This document shows positions 46,740 to 59,651 of a DNA stretch of 64,000 bases, piece after piece. Position numbers and translations under genes: made by a program. The notes below the pieces were generated by a model. The model did no database searches. It saw only the letters and a list, made by a program, of their open reading frames with translations, and was not told the origin of the DNA. Position 1 is the stretch's first letter. Every line of letters begins with the position of its first letter. The stretch covers positions 13,596 to 77,595 of the forward strand of contig JAIEPF010000016.1 in the NCBI GenBank assembly GCA_019749945.1. Reading direction: 5' to 3'. The stretch comes from Burkholderiales bacterium (GTDB lineage Bacteria > Pseudomonadota > Gammaproteobacteria > Burkholderiales > SG8-41).

Positions 46740-47764
46740 CCAGCGGCGAGGTTTGCCAGATCCCAGCGCGGGCGCACGGTAAACCCGGAACCGCCACCCT
46801 GCGTGTTTTCCTGCTTATCCTGCTGCAAACGCAGCGCGCCGGCAAACGCGATCATCGCGCCGTTGTCGGTGCAGAACTCGAACGGCGGATAAAACACCGC
46901 GCAGCCATGGCGTTGCGCACCCGCACTCAGTTGCGCGCGCAAGCGGTGATTGGCGCCGACACCACCCGCAACCACCAGCCGTGTCAGTCCGGTCTGTGCC
47001 ATGGCCGCGAGGGCTTTGCCGGCCAGCACATCAACGATGGCCGCCTGCAGTTCGGCGGCGAGGTCGGCGCGGGCCTGTGCCTCCGGCGGCAGATTGCGCA
47101 CGGCGGTGAGCACTGCGGTTTTGAGGCCGCTGAAACTGAAATCGAGGTTGTTACTGTGCAGCATCGGCCGCGGCAACGGGTATTTTCCGGCATGTCCTGA
47201 TTCAGCGAGTGCTGCGATCGCCGGACCGCCGGGGTAGCCCAGGCCCAGCAGTTTTGCCGATTTGTCGAAGGCTTCACCGGCGGCGTCGTCCAGGGTCTCG
47301 CCGAGCAGGGTGTAGTCGCCGACACCGCCGACCCGCATCAGCTGGGTGTGGCCGCCCGAGACCAGCAGCGCGACAAACGGGAACTGCGGCGCCGGATCGG
47401 CCAGCAGCGGCGACAACAGGTGGCCTTCGAGGTGGTGGATACCGATTGCGGGGATATCCAGAGCGTAGGCGAGGCTGGTGCCGACCCCGGCGCCGACCAG
47501 CAGCGCGCCGGCCAGTCCGGGGCCGGCGGTGTAAGCCACGGCGTCGAGCTCGGCCAGTGTGGCGTTAGCCTCGCGCAGCACCTCCCGGGTCAGCGGCAGC
47601 ACCCGGCGAATATGGTCGCGGGAGGCCAGCTCCGGCACCACCCCGCCATAATCGGTGTGCAGCGCCACCTGGGAGTGCAGGGCATGGGCGCGCAGGCCCC
47701 GCCCGCTGTCATACAGGGCGATGCCGGTTTCGTCGCAGGAGGTTTCGATGCCTAATACAAGCAC
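46736..47764 (-). CDS. tsaD: tRNA N6-adenosine threonylcarbamoyltransferase TsaD
   Basis: [20 protein letters not shown]-terminus, with GTG start inferred at 47764. About 342 aa. The 457-aa ORF extension is not TsaD-like. Confidence 0.85.
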   Translation of the reverse strand: MLVLGIETSCDETGIALYDSGRGLRAHALHSQVALHTDYGGVVPELASRDHIRRVLPLTREVLREANATLAELDAVAYTAGPGLAGALLVGAGVGTSLAYALDIPAIGIHHLEGHLLSPLLADPAPQFPFVALLVSGGHTQLMRVGGVGDYTLLGETLDDAAGEAFDKSAKLLGLGYPGGPAIAALAESGHAGKYPLPRPMLHSNNLDFSFSGLKTAVLTAVRNLPPEAQARADLAAELQAAIVDVLAGKALAAMAQTGLTRLVVAGGVGANHRLRAQLSAGAQRHGCAVFYPPFEFCTDNGAMIAFAGALRLQQDKQENTQGGGSGFTVRPRWDLANLAAG

Positions 47765-47839
47765 GGGATTCTGGCCGGGGGTAGAAAAGGGGGCAAACCG
47801 GAGGCATTCCGGGCTCTGTAACTCCGGGCCGGATGTGGT

Positions 47840-47845
47840 TATAAT
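47840..47845 (+). promoter_or_regulatory. Candidate -10 box (TATAAT) for rpsU
   Basis: Perfect TATAAT in the GC-rich tsaD-rpsU divergent region, 75 nt upstream of the rpsU ATG. The -35 is weak. Confidence 0.3.
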
Positions 47846-47920
47846 ACGCGCCTTTCCGATTCCGGCCGACTGCATGTTCGGGTACGGCAGGTAGTGTCGG
47901 ATACGACAGACGAGGGTTTG

Positions 47921-48133
47921 ATGACGACAGTACGTGTAAAGGAAAACGAGCCGTTCGAGGTGGCCCTGCGCCGCTTCAAGCGCACCGTGGAAAAAACCGG
48001 GCTGCTGACCGAACTGCGTGCCCGCGAGTTCTACGAAAAACCGACTTCCGAGCGCAAGCGCAAGCTGGCCGCCGCGGTGAAGCGCACGCACAAACGCCTG
48101 CGCTCGCAACTGCTGCCGCCGAAGCTCTACTAA
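47921..48133 (+). CDS. rpsU: 30S ribosomal protein S21
   Basis: 70 aa; [42 protein letters not shown] is a near-canonical S21. Confidence 0.9.
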   Translation: MTTVRVKENEPFEVALRRFKRTVEKTGLLTELRAREFYEKPTSERKRKLAAAVKRTHKRLRSQLLPPKLY

Positions 48134-48163
48134 GAAGCGTCCGGCGCGCCGTTCAGGCCGTCA

Positions 48164-48200
48164 AAGGGTGCAGGGGCCAAGCCTCGCACCCTTTTGTCAT
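48164..48200 (+). terminator. Possible partial terminator after rpsU
   Basis: 8-bp stem AAGGGTGC/GCACCCTT with a 14-nt loop, followed by TTGTCATTT. Confidence 0.35.
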
Positions 48201-48217
48201 TTCTGGAGTCCAGTCCC

Positions 48218-48667
48218 ATGTCTTTGCGTGAACAGATCAACGATGACTTGAAGGCGGCGATGCGCGGCGGTGAGGTTGCGCGCCGCGACACCATCCGGCT
48301 GCTGCTCGCCGCGCTGAAACAGCGTGAAGTCGACGAACGCAAGGTGCTGACCGATGCCGACGTGCTGGGCATCATCGAAAAAATGCTCAAGCAGCGCCGC
48401 GATTCGATCAGCCAGTTTGAAAAGGGTGGCCGCCAGGATCTGGCCGACAAGGAAAAGCAGGAACTCGTGCTGTTGCAGGCGTACATGCCGCAGGCGCTGA
48501 GTGATGCGGAAATCACCGCAGCCGTTGCGGCGGCGGTGACCGAGACGGCTGCTGCTGCGCCGTCCGATATGGGCAAGGTGATGGCGGTGCTGAAGCCGAA
48601 GCTGGCCGGGCGCGCCGATATGACCAAAGTGTCCGCTGCCGTCAAAGCGCAACTGACGAAATCATAA
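48218..48667 (+). CDS. GatB/YqeY domain-containing protein
   Basis: 149 aa. The segments LREQINDDLKAAMRGGE, LLLAALKQREVDE and MGKVMAVLKPKLAGRADM are typical of YqeY. Confidence 0.85.
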   Translation: MSLREQINDDLKAAMRGGEVARRDTIRLLLAALKQREVDERKVLTDADVLGIIEKMLKQRRDSISQFEKGGRQDLADKEKQELVLLQAYMPQALSDAEITAAVAAAVTETAAAAPSDMGKVMAVLKPKLAGRADMTKVSAAVKAQLTKS

Positions 48668-48825
48668 TCCCTTTATACCCCGTTGTTTTTGCGGCTGTTT
48701 TTGCGGGGGTGCCACGATTCCGCCCTGATGCAGCGTGCCGCTCCGCACTGCCTGCCCATATAATTCCCTGATAACCACGGCCCGCCACCGGGTCGCCGGT
48801 TCCGAGTGGAGCATTTGCCGCGCGC

Positions 48826-50586
48826 ATGATTCCGCAGTCGTTCATCCAGGATTTGCTCGGCCGGGTCGACATCGTCGAAGTGGTCGATCGCCACGTGAAA
48901 CTGAAGCGCAGCGGCGCCAATTATTCGGCGTGCTGCCCGTTCCACACCGAAAAATCCCCGTCATTCACCGTCAGTCCGACCAAGCAGTTCTATCACTGCT
49001 TCGGCTGCGGCGCGCACGGCACCGCCATCGGCTTCATGATGGAGTACAGCGGCATGGGGTTTGTCGATGCGGTGAAGGATCTCGCGCAAAGCGTCGGCAT
49101 GCAGGTGCCGGAAGAAGCGCGTTCCGAATACACCCAGCGCCGCACCGAAGAGGGCCCTGATCTGTACGGCGTGTTGCTGCAGGCGGCGCAGTTCTACCGC
49201 AACCAGTTGAAGGATGCGCCGCGGGCCATCGAATACCTGAAGAAGCGCGGCCTTTCGGGTGAAATCGCGAAGCGCTTTGGCATCGGTTACGCCCCGGACG
49301 GCTGGCAGAACCTGGAGCAGGTGTTCCCCGACTACGCGGACAAGGCGCTCAATGCCGCCGGCCTGGTCAAGCAGAACGAGGAAGGTCGGCGTTATGACGT
49401 GTTCCGCGACCGCATCATGTTTCCGATCGTCGATGTACGCGGCAACATCATCGGTTTCGGCGGCCGCGTGCTTGGTGATGGTGAACCCAAATACCTGAAT
49501 TCCCCGGAAACCCCGGTGTTCGAAAAAGGCCGCGAACTCTACGGCCTGTTTCACGCACGGCGCGCGATCCGCGACGCCGGATGCGTGATCGTGGTTGAAG
49601 GCTACATGGATGTGGTGGCGCTGGCGCAGGCGGGTGTCGAGTACGCGGTGGCGACACTGGGTACGGCGACCACGCCGAACCATGTGCAAAAACTGCTGCG
49701 CCAGTCGGACGAGATCGTGTTTTGTTTCGATGGGGATGCCGCCGGCCGCCGCGCGGCGTGGCGCGCGCTGGAGAACAGCCTCACGCAACTGGTGGACGGC
49801 AAACAGCTGCGTTTCCTGTTCCTGCCCGACGGCGAGGATCCCGATACCTATGTGCGAACGAACGGCAAAGCCGCGTTCGAAGCTTTGCTCGCCAAGGCGG
49901 AGCCGCTGTCGCGATTTTTGCTCGATGAGCTGCGCGCGAATGTTGACATTCATACTTCCGAAGGCCGCGCCAGGCTGATGCAGCAGGCGAAACCGCTGGT
50001 GAAGCAGATTGCCGCGCCGATGCTGTCGCTGCTGATCCGCAAGGAACTGGCGCAACTGGCCGGCGTGTCGCAGCAGGAACTCGACGCAAATTTCGAAATC
50101 CGGGCGCAGGGCACGCCGGCGCCGGCGCGGCGGGCAGCGCCGGCGACGCAGTCGATTTTACGCACGGTGCTCGAATTGCTGATCGTGGAGCCGCGGTTTG
50201 CAGCGCTGATCAGGCGCGATGATCTGGCCGCGGCGGTCGGTGTCGCGGGCGTGGATCAGGCGGATCTGCAGGCCCTGGATGCGGTGCTGGAGGCGACGGG
50301 CGGCGGGGAGGCCGTGATCAATCTGGGTGAATTGTTTCGCGGTTCGCCGCATGAGGCCGCGGTCCGTCAGGCCGAGGCCGGGGCCCTGCGCTGGCAGGAC
50401 CGGACGCTGGAGCCGGGGGAATTCGAGGCCGAGTTCCGCGGCGCCTGGGAGCAGGCTATGGTCTTGATTCGTAAGGCCAGAATCAATGCACTGTTGGAAA
50501 AATCCAAGCGACAGGGCTGGAATTCCGAGGAGCAGGCCCAATATCGTCTTTTGCAACAAGCACTTAGCATGCCAGCCGGCAAGTGA
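48826..50586 (+). CDS. dnaG: DNA primase
   Basis: Zinc-ribbon segment CCPFHTEKSPSFTVSPTKQFYHCFGCGAHG, the TOPRIM segment VVEGYMDVV, and 586 aa length. Confidence 0.9.
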   Translation: MIPQSFIQDLLGRVDIVEVVDRHVKLKRSGANYSACCPFHTEKSPSFTVSPTKQFYHCFGCGAHGTAIGFMMEYSGMGFVDAVKDLAQSVGMQVPEEARSEYTQRRTEEGPDLYGVLLQAAQFYRNQLKDAPRAIEYLKKRGLSGEIAKRFGIGYAPDGWQNLEQVFPDYADKALNAAGLVKQNEEGRRYDVFRDRIMFPIVDVRGNIIGFGGRVLGDGEPKYLNSPETPVFEKGRELYGLFHARRAIRDAGCVIVVEGYMDVVALAQAGVEYAVATLGTATTPNHVQKLLRQSDEIVFCFDGDAAGRRAAWRALENSLTQLVDGKQLRFLFLPDGEDPDTYVRTNGKAAFEALLAKAEPLSRFLLDELRANVDIHTSEGRARLMQQAKPLVKQIAAPMLSLLIRKELAQLAGVSQQELDANFEIRAQGTPAPARRAAPATQSILRTVLELLIVEPRFAALIRRDDLAAAVGVAGVDQADLQALDAVLEATGGGEAVINLGELFRGSPHEAAVRQAEAGALRWQDRTLEPGEFEAEFRGAWEQAMVLIRKARINALLEKSKRQGWNSEEQAQYRLLQQALSMPAGK

Positions 50587-50654
50587 AGGCGCTGGTGGTT
50601 TGCGGTATAATTTGCGGCTTTTTCACCGAACCATCGCCCGGCGGAGCCTAACCC

Positions 50655-52991
<2,337 letters not shown>

Positions 52992-53060
52992 GCAACGCGG
53001 GTTGAGCAACCGGGGCCGGAACCGGCGGCCCGCTTGCACACCGGGCGAATTCCGGAATGC

Positions 53061-53137
<77 letters not shown>

Positions 53138-53219
53138 GTATTGCCGCGGGCCGGTTTGATCCCCACAAAAATCGGGGGCATACGGCAGTGGAGTTTTGCA
53201 AAGCAATGGAGGAGAGGGC

Positions 53220-54026
53220 ATGACGGGCACGGTTACCGCGGTTAATCCGGTAAAAGCGATGATGCGCGAAGGCAAGGTCGCGCTCGGCATGAACGTGCGG
53301 CTGGCGCGCTCCGGCGACATTGCGCGGATCGCCAAATCCAGCGGCCACGATTTCATTTTCATCGATGCCCAGCATTCGCTGTTCAATCTCGAAACCATCG
53401 GCCATATCGCGCAGGCGGCGCTGGGCTGCGGCGTGGCGCCCCTGGTGCGGGTGCGCAGCTGCGATGATCCCGATACCTCCCTGTTGCTCGACAACGGCGT
53501 CACCGGCATCGTGTTTCCCGACATCGGCAGCGCAGAAGAGGCCAGGCGCGCCGTGAACCGCGCGAAATTTCCGCCGCTAGGCCGGCGCTCGGTGTCGGGC
53601 GGTTACGCGCTTTTTGATTACCGTCCGATGTCCACCGCCGATGCCGTGCCGGCGCTGCAGGAGAACACGCTGGTGGTGTGCATGATTGAAACCCGCGAAG
53701 GCGTTGAAAACATCGATGCCATTGCCGCGGTGGAAGGTGTCGATGTGATCCATGTCGGCGCCAATGATCTGCTGACGGCACTGGGCAAGCCGGGGCAGTT
53801 CGGTGATGCGGAGGGGGCTGCGGCGATCGAGAAGGTGATTGCGTCCGCGGTTCGTCACGGCAAGATTGCCGGCGTCGGCGGCGACCGCAATCTCGGGCGG
53901 CAGATGGAATACATCCGCCGCGGCGCGCGCTTCATCACCACCAACAGCGAGATCGCTTTCATCATGGCGGAAGCATCCCGCGTCACCGCTGAGCTGCGGC
54001 GTGCTCTGCAGTCTGCGGGAAATTAA
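53220..54026 (+). CDS. HpcH/HpaI family aldolase
   Basis: 268 aa with the family pattern (GHDFIFIDAQHS...MIETREGVENIDAIAAVEGVD). Confidence 0.8.
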   Translation: MTGTVTAVNPVKAMMREGKVALGMNVRLARSGDIARIAKSSGHDFIFIDAQHSLFNLETIGHIAQAALGCGVAPLVRVRSCDDPDTSLLLDNGVTGIVFPDIGSAEEARRAVNRAKFPPLGRRSVSGGYALFDYRPMSTADAVPALQENTLVVCMIETREGVENIDAIAAVEGVDVIHVGANDLLTALGKPGQFGDAEGAAAIEKVIASAVRHGKIAGVGGDRNLGRQMEYIRRGARFITTNSEIAFIMAEASRVTAELRRALQSAGN

Positions 54027-54028
54027 AC

Positions 54029-54049
54029 TAAATTATTGATTATATTGAT
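54029..54049 (-). repeat. AT-rich motif ATCAATATAATCAATAATTTA (reverse strand)
   Basis: 20 of 21 positions identical to the 62557 copy. Contains the IHF core match. Lies between the aldolase stop and the Bug start. Confidence 0.55.
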
Positions 54050-54068
54050 ATTTTTTGGAGAAATAAGC

Positions 54069-55046
54069 ATGGCAAAAACCCTGAAACCGGCACTCGCCGG
54101 CATGATCGTGGTGGCACTGGCGCTGCCGGTATTTGTGCAGGCGGCCGATTGGGCGCCGACCAAACCGGTGCGGGTGATCGTGCCCTTCCCGCCGGGCGGC
54201 AGCAACGACATTGTCGGTCGCCTGGTCGCCAATGATCTGAGTCCGCTGCTCGGTCAGCAGGTGGTGATCGACAACCGCGGCGGCGCGGGCGGCATCATCG
54301 GTTCCGAAATCGCCGCGAATGCGCAGCCCGACGGACACACGCTGCTGATTGCCTCGGTGGCTTTTGCCTACAACCCTTCGATCTACAAATCGCAGGTGCG
54401 CTTCAATCCGGAGAAGTCGTTCACGCCGATCGCGCTGATCGGCACCGGCCCCAGCGCGCTGACGGTGAACCCGAAGATGGCGGCGAAGACGACCAAGGAG
54501 CTGATCGACATGGCGAAGGCCAAGCCGGGTTCGCTGAACTATGCGACCGCCGGCATCGGCAGCTTCCAGCACCTCAGCACGGAACTGCTGAAGCTGCAGG
54601 CCAAGATCAATATTGTTCACATCCCGTTCAAGGGCGGCGGTCCGGCGATGGCCGACGTGATCGCCGGCAACACCCAGATCACCATGGGTTCGTTGCTGCA
54701 ACTCGTGCCGCACATCCAGAGCAACCGGCTGCGCCTGCTCGCCGTCGGCAGCGCCAAGCGCAACAGCGCGTTTCCCAACACGCCGACGGTCGCGGAAACC
54801 GTTCCCGGCTACGAGGCGAACAACTGGTGGGGCATCCTTGCGCCCGCCGGCGTGTCGCCCGCGATCGTGCGCACACTGGAAGCCGCTGTCGCAAAAGTGG
54901 TGAACACGCCGGACATGCAGAAGAAGTTCGATACCCAGGGTGCCGAGGTTGCGTACATGAACTCTGTGAATTACGGCAAGTTCATCAAGGCTGAAACGAC
55001 CAAGTGGTCAAAGGTTGTCCGCGACGCGGGCATCAAGGACGAATAA
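54069..55046 (+). CDS. Bug family substrate-binding protein
   Basis: Signal peptide, then DWAPTKPVRVIVPFPPGGSNDI. Confidence 0.85.
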   Translation: MAKTLKPALAGMIVVALALPVFVQAADWAPTKPVRVIVPFPPGGSNDIVGRLVANDLSPLLGQQVVIDNRGGAGGIIGSEIAANAQPDGHTLLIASVAFAYNPSIYKSQVRFNPEKSFTPIALIGTGPSALTVNPKMAAKTTKELIDMAKAKPGSLNYATAGIGSFQHLSTELLKLQAKINIVHIPFKGGGPAMADVIAGNTQITMGSLLQLVPHIQSNRLRLLAVGSAKRNSAFPNTPTVAETVPGYEANNWWGILAPAGVSPAIVRTLEAAVAKVVNTPDMQKKFDTQGAEVAYMNSVNYGKFIKAETTKWSKVVRDAGIKDE

Positions 55047-55092
55047 ATCTGGCCGGGCGGCGCGGGCGCCGTCCTTTTTTCTGGAGACTCAA

Positions 55093-56064
55093 ATGCCGCA
55101 CGTCATACGCATACATCAGAACGGTGGTCCGGAGCAGATGCGCTGGGAGGAAATCACTGTCGGTGATCCCGGCCCCGGTGAAGTCCGCGTCCGCAACACC
55201 GCGATCGGGCTCAATTACATCGATACCTATCATCGTTCCGGCCTCTATCCGATGCCCTTGCCGCTGGTGCTGGGCTCCGAGGGCGCGGGCGTGGTCGAAG
55301 CGGTCGGGCCGAAGGTCAGGGAGTTCAAGGTCGGTGACCGCGTCGCCTACGCGCAGCCGATCGGGGCTTATGCCGAAGTGCTGATCCGTCCGGTGGCGCG
55401 GCTGGTGAAAATTCCCGCCGGCATCAAGGATGAAACGGCGGCGGCGATGATGCTGAAGGGCATGACCGCCTGGTATCTGTGCCGGCGCACTTACCGCGTG
55501 AAAAAGGGCGACACCATCGTTGTCCATGCCGCGGCGGGCGGCGTCGGCCAGATCCTCTGCCAGTGGGCGAAACACCTGGGCGCCACCGTGATCGGCACCG
55601 TCGGCAGCGACGAAAAAGTCGCGCTCGCCAAAAAAGCCGGCTGCAAACATGTGGTGGTGATGTCGCGTGAAAAACTGTCCGAACGCGTCAAGGCGATCAC
55701 CAAGGGTCGCGGCGTGCCGGTGGTGTACGACGGCATCGGCAAGGACACCTTCGTCGAATCGCTGGACTGCCTGGCGCCGCTGGGTCTGATGGCGAGTTTC
55801 GGCAACGCTTCGGGTGCCGTGGCGCCGGTCAACATCGGCATACTCGCGCAGAAGGGTTCGCTGTTCCTGACGCGGCCGACGCTGGGCAATTACACGGCGA
55901 CGCGCGAAGACCTGCTCGCCGCAACCCGCGAGCTGTTTGCCGTGGTCAAAAAGGGCGCGGTGAAGATCACCATCAACCAGCGTTATCCGCTGCGCGAAGC
56001 GGCGCAGGCGCATCGCGATCTTGAGGCGCGCAAGACCACCGGTTCCACGGTGCTGCTGCCCTAG
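55093..56064 (+). CDS. NADPH:quinone oxidoreductase (zinc-type ADH superfamily)
   Basis: 323 aa with GLNYIDTYHRSGLYP and the AAGGVG nucleotide-binding motif. Confidence 0.85.
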   Translation: MPHVIRIHQNGGPEQMRWEEITVGDPGPGEVRVRNTAIGLNYIDTYHRSGLYPMPLPLVLGSEGAGVVEAVGPKVREFKVGDRVAYAQPIGAYAEVLIRPVARLVKIPAGIKDETAAAMMLKGMTAWYLCRRTYRVKKGDTIVVHAAAGGVGQILCQWAKHLGATVIGTVGSDEKVALAKKAGCKHVVVMSREKLSERVKAITKGRGVPVVYDGIGKDTFVESLDCLAPLGLMASFGNASGAVAPVNIGILAQKGSLFLTRPTLGNYTATREDLLAATRELFAVVKKGAVKITINQRYPLREAAQAHRDLEARKTTGSTVLLP

Positions 56065-56119
56065 GTCCTCTCAACAGGCCCGAATCCCCTTCACACGGGC
56101 GCAGCGGTATGATGGCCGC

Positions 56120-58222
56120 ATGCTTGAACATGCGCCCGCCCCAGCCCAAAACGCAATCGCCGCGGCGCCCGCGGCTGACAGTGATGCTGTCAACCGGCTG
56201 GCGCTGCGGCTGATTGCCGCCAATGCGCGGGTTAATGCCATCGCGCTGGTGGTGGCATTCAGCCTGATTGCGCTCGGCGCCTGGGCTTACTCCGGCATTG
56301 AGCAGTCGCTGCGCGACCTGCGTGCGGCGGGACTTGCCGCGGTGCTCGATGCCGAAGTGCAGGCCCTGGGTTTGTGGATAGAAGACCGCAAAGACGAAGT
56401 CCGGCATTGGGCCGCCGATCCGCGCATCCGTGCCGCCACCGTGGCGCTGTCCACCCGCGCCGCGCCGGAAAAGGCCCGCGCCAATCTCGCGGCGGCGCTG
56501 GCACCGGCACTCAAGGAATCGGGTGCCGCGGCCTACAACGTCATCGACCGGCAGGGTGTGGTCATGGCCTCATCGGCGACCGAGTATTTCGGCCGCCGCA
56601 TCAGTCCCGGCGAGTATCTGGCGGCCGTGCGTGATGTGCTCGGCGGATCCACGCGTTTTGTCCGTCCCTATCGCGAACGTGATCGCATCGAGGGTGAACC
56701 CAGTGCGGTATTTGCGCGGCCGATGGTCTGGTTCAAGAGCCCGGTTTTTGATGCGAATGGCGAAGCCGTTGCCGGCCTCGGTTTTGCGCGTTATGCCGAC
56801 AGCCGGTTCACCGGAATACTCGGTGCGGCGAGCCCGGGCGTCACCGGCGAGATTTATGCGCTGACCGCGGATGGCCTGATGTTGTCGGACAGCCGTTACG
56901 CGACTGAACTGCGCGCGGCCGGCGCCTTGCCGCCAGCCGCCGGCAACGGCGCGCTGCAGGTGCAGATCCGCGATCCCGGCGGGGCGTTTGCCAAAGGCCA
57001 CAAGCTGCCGGCCGACTGGGCGGCTGCGCCGCTGACGCGGCTGGCGGCGCTGGCCGGGGCGGCCCGCGGCAAAACGGATCCGGCGGAACAGCGCGGGGTG
57101 ATCCTGGAACCCTATCGCAATTATCGCGGCAGCGAAGTGATCGGCGCCTGGCGCTGGCTCGCCGATTACGACTTTGCGGTGGCCGTCGAAATGTCGCGCG
57201 ACGAGGCTTACGCGCCGCTGCGTTATCTCAATTTCGCCTTTGGCCTGCTCGGCGCCCTGGTCGGCCTCGCGGTCCTCGCGGTGCTGGGCTCGATGTGGAA
57301 TGTGCGCCGGCTGCGTCTGGCCGCGGGCGACGCCCGCGTTATCGGCCAGTACCAGCTGGAGCGGCAGCTCGGCGAAGGTGCGATGGGTACGGTTTATCTC
57401 GCGCGGCATGCCCTGCTCAAACGGCCGACCGCGATCAAACTGCTGAAACCCCATCTGGCCACCGACGAGATGATCGGACGGTTCGAGCGCGAGGCGCGCC
57501 TGGCCAGCCAGCTGGTACATCCGAACACGATCAGCATTTACGACTACGGACGCACGCCGGAAGGCGTTTTTTATTATGTGATGGAGTATCTGGAAGGACA
57601 GTCTCTTGACGAGATCGTGCTTGCCTGGGGACCGCTGCCGGTGGCGCGGGTGATCCACGTCTTGCGCCAGACCTGCGCTGCGCTGCGCGAGGCGCATGGC
57701 CGCGGCCTGATTCATCGCGATATCAAGCCGCATAACCTGATGCTGTGCCAGCGTGGCGGCGAATTTGATGTGGTCAAGATACTCGATTTCGGCCTGGTCA
57801 AGGATCTGACAACGCCGCAATCGCGCAACATCACCCAGTTTCAGCGCGTCGTCGGCACCCCGGTGTACATGGCGCCGGAACGCGTGCGCAACCCAGCCGA
57901 CGCGGATAACCGCTCCGACATCTATGCGGTCGGCGCGACGGCATTTCACCTGCTGACCGGCCGGCCGCCGTACGAAGCTGCCGGAGAACATGACCTCACT
58001 TACCAGATCCTGCATGCGCCAGTGCCGGCAATCGGCGATTTCGCGCCGCAGCTGCCGCCGCGCCTCGGCGAACTGATCACGCGCTGCCTGGCCAAGGAAC
58101 GCGGCGAACGCCCGCACGACATCGTGGTCATACTGGCGGCGCTGGAGGCGCTGGCCATCGTACATCCGTGGACGCAACGCGAAGCTGCTGCATGGTGGGC
58201 CGGGATCCGTGCGGCGTCGTGA
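56120..58222 (+). CDS. Receptor-type Hanks Ser/Thr protein kinase with an N-terminal periplasmic Cache-like sensor
   Basis: TM1, then ~290-aa extracytoplasmic region, then TM2, then the kinase domain: GEGAMGTVY, AIK, HRDIKPHN, DFG, GTPVYMAPE. Confidence 0.85.
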   Translation: MLEHAPAPAQNAIAAAPAADSDAVNRLALRLIAANARVNAIALVVAFSLIALGAWAYSGIEQSLRDLRAAGLAAVLDAEVQALGLWIEDRKDEVRHWAADPRIRAATVALSTRAAPEKARANLAAALAPALKESGAAAYNVIDRQGVVMASSATEYFGRRISPGEYLAAVRDVLGGSTRFVRPYRERDRIEGEPSAVFARPMVWFKSPVFDANGEAVAGLGFARYADSRFTGILGAASPGVTGEIYALTADGLMLSDSRYATELRAAGALPPAAGNGALQVQIRDPGGAFAKGHKLPADWAAAPLTRLAALAGAARGKTDPAEQRGVILEPYRNYRGSEVIGAWRWLADYDFAVAVEMSRDEAYAPLRYLNFAFGLLGALVGLAVLAVLGSMWNVRRLRLAAGDARVIGQYQLERQLGEGAMGTVYLARHALLKRPTAIKLLKPHLATDEMIGRFEREARLASQLVHPNTISIYDYGRTPEGVFYYVMEYLEGQSLDEIVLAWGPLPVARVIHVLRQTCAALREAHGRGLIHRDIKPHNLMLCQRGGEFDVVKILDFGLVKDLTTPQSRNITQFQRVVGTPVYMAPERVRNPADADNRSDIYAVGATAFHLLTGRPPYEAAGEHDLTYQILHAPVPAIGDFAPQLPPRLGELITRCLAKERGERPHDIVVILAALEALAIVHPWTQREAAAWWAGIRAAS

Positions 58223-58268
58223 TGCCGGCGGCATTAAACCTCGATACAACAGGCATGGGGGCATCAAC

Positions 58269-58622
58269 ATGAAACGATGGATATTTGCCGCCGTACTGTG
58301 CGTGGCGGGCGGGGTGCAGGCACAGGTCCCCGTGGAGGAGCGGGGTAACGCGCTGCAGCAGGGCCAGTACCGCGCCGGTGTTGCCTGGCGCGAACTGCAG
58401 CAGGCGCGCCATGACGCAAAACTGGCGGAGCAGGATGTGCTGAACCTGCGCGACGCACACACGGCCGCCCAGCAGCAGGCCGACTTGCGCAAGCGTGAGC
58501 TGGATGCCGCGCAAAAAGCATGGGATGCCGCACGCAACAGACTGGCCGCGACGCAGAAAGCCTATGATCAGGCGGTCAACGCCGTCGATGCCACCCAGCG
58601 CGCCGCGAAGCAAGTCCCCTAG
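58269..58622 (+). CDS. Secreted coiled-coil protein, hypothetical
   Basis: 117 aa with signal peptide MKRWIFAAVLCVAGGVQA, then an A/Q/R-rich helical sequence. Confidence 0.5.
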   Translation: MKRWIFAAVLCVAGGVQAQVPVEERGNALQQGQYRAGVAWRELQQARHDAKLAEQDVLNLRDAHTAAQQQADLRKRELDAAQKAWDAARNRLAATQKAYDQAVNAVDATQRAAKQVP

Positions 58623-58701
58623 GGGGGGCGCCGCGAAGCAAGTCCCCCTGGGGGACGCGGCGCCTGCCGCGCAGGCCAAATAAAAAACCGAAGCCGGCGG
58701 C

Positions 58702-59478
58702 TCAGGCGCGGCGGCTGCTCGCGCCGCCATCCACCGTGATGATGGTGCCGGTGGTGTAACCCGACAGCGGTGAGCAGAGAAAAGCGACCAGGGCGCCGAT
58801 TTCCTCCACGGTGGCCATGCGGCCGAACGGCGATTTGCTGACCAGTTCCGGCCAGCGCTCGGCGTTGCCCAGTTCCCTGGCCGCGCGTTCGCGCAGCCGT
58901 TTTACCGCGCGGTCGGTGGCGGTGCCGCCGGGATTGATGCCGACCACGCGCACGCCGAATTCGGGGCTTTCAGCGCCGAGCGCGCGGGTCATCGCCATCA
59001 GCGCGGCATTGCCCATGCTGCCGGCGATGTAACTGGCGACCGGCCGTTCGCCGGCGGCGCCGATCACGTTGACAATGACACCGCTGCGCCGCTCACGCAT
59101 GCGTTTGTAAATTTCGCGGGTGATGTCGATGAAGCCGAAGACCTTGAGGTCCCAGGATTGTTTCCACGTCGCATCGTCCAGCGTATCCAGAGTGCCCTGC
59201 GGAATGGCGCCGGCATTGTTGACCAGAAAGTCGACATCGCCGCATTCCCGCGCCAGCACCGCGGCATTTGCGCCATTCGACAGATCCACGGCGTGGCAGC
59301 TGATCTCAACCTGGTGGTCGCGCAGGATGCCGGCTTTTGCCGTTTCCAGATCAGCAGCACTGCGGGCGGCGAGATGCAAATGGCATCCTTCGCCGGCCAG
59401 CACTTGTGCGGCACCCAGACCGATGCCGCGGGAGCCGCCGGTGATCAACGCGTGTTTGCCCTGAAGTCCCAGTTTCAT
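58702..59478 (-). CDS. SDR family oxidoreductase
   Basis: TGGSRGIG cofactor motif; GGAGG before ATG 59478. Confidence 0.85.
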   Translation of the reverse strand: MKLGLQGKHALITGGSRGIGLGAAQVLAGEGCHLHLAARSAADLETAKAGILRDHQVEISCHAVDLSNGANAAVLARECGDVDFLVNNAGAIPQGTLDTLDDATWKQSWDLKVFGFIDITREIYKRMRERRSGVIVNVIGAAGERPVASYIAGSMGNAALMAMTRALGAESPEFGVRVVGINPGGTATDRAVKRLRERAARELGNAERWPELVSKSPFGRMATVEEIGALVAFLCSPLSGYTTGTIITVDGGASSRRA

Positions 59479-59651
59479 GTTGAATTTCCTCCGGATCGTC
59501 GTGATTTGACGACATTCCTGCGATGTTAACACCGCGATGGCGCCGCTCCGTCAACCGGGATGCGCTACAGGCGTTATGGGCATACGACCCGAAAAGTTCG
59601 GGACGAATCGCGCAACAACGCGAACTACAAATTCAAGAAACTGGAGAAATC

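Noticed and set aside
56570-58537. 655-aa ORF on the minus strand
   Set aside because: It is antisense to the Ser/Thr kinase gene, whose catalytic motifs are all present on the plus strand. This is a shadow ORF.
58599-58647. Tandem duplication of GCGCCGCGAAGCAAGTCCCC at the end of the coiled-coil ORF
   Set aside because: It is a 20-nt unit repeated once with a 9-nt spacer, forming GC hairpins after the stop codon. It is most simply a slipped duplication or terminator region, not an array.
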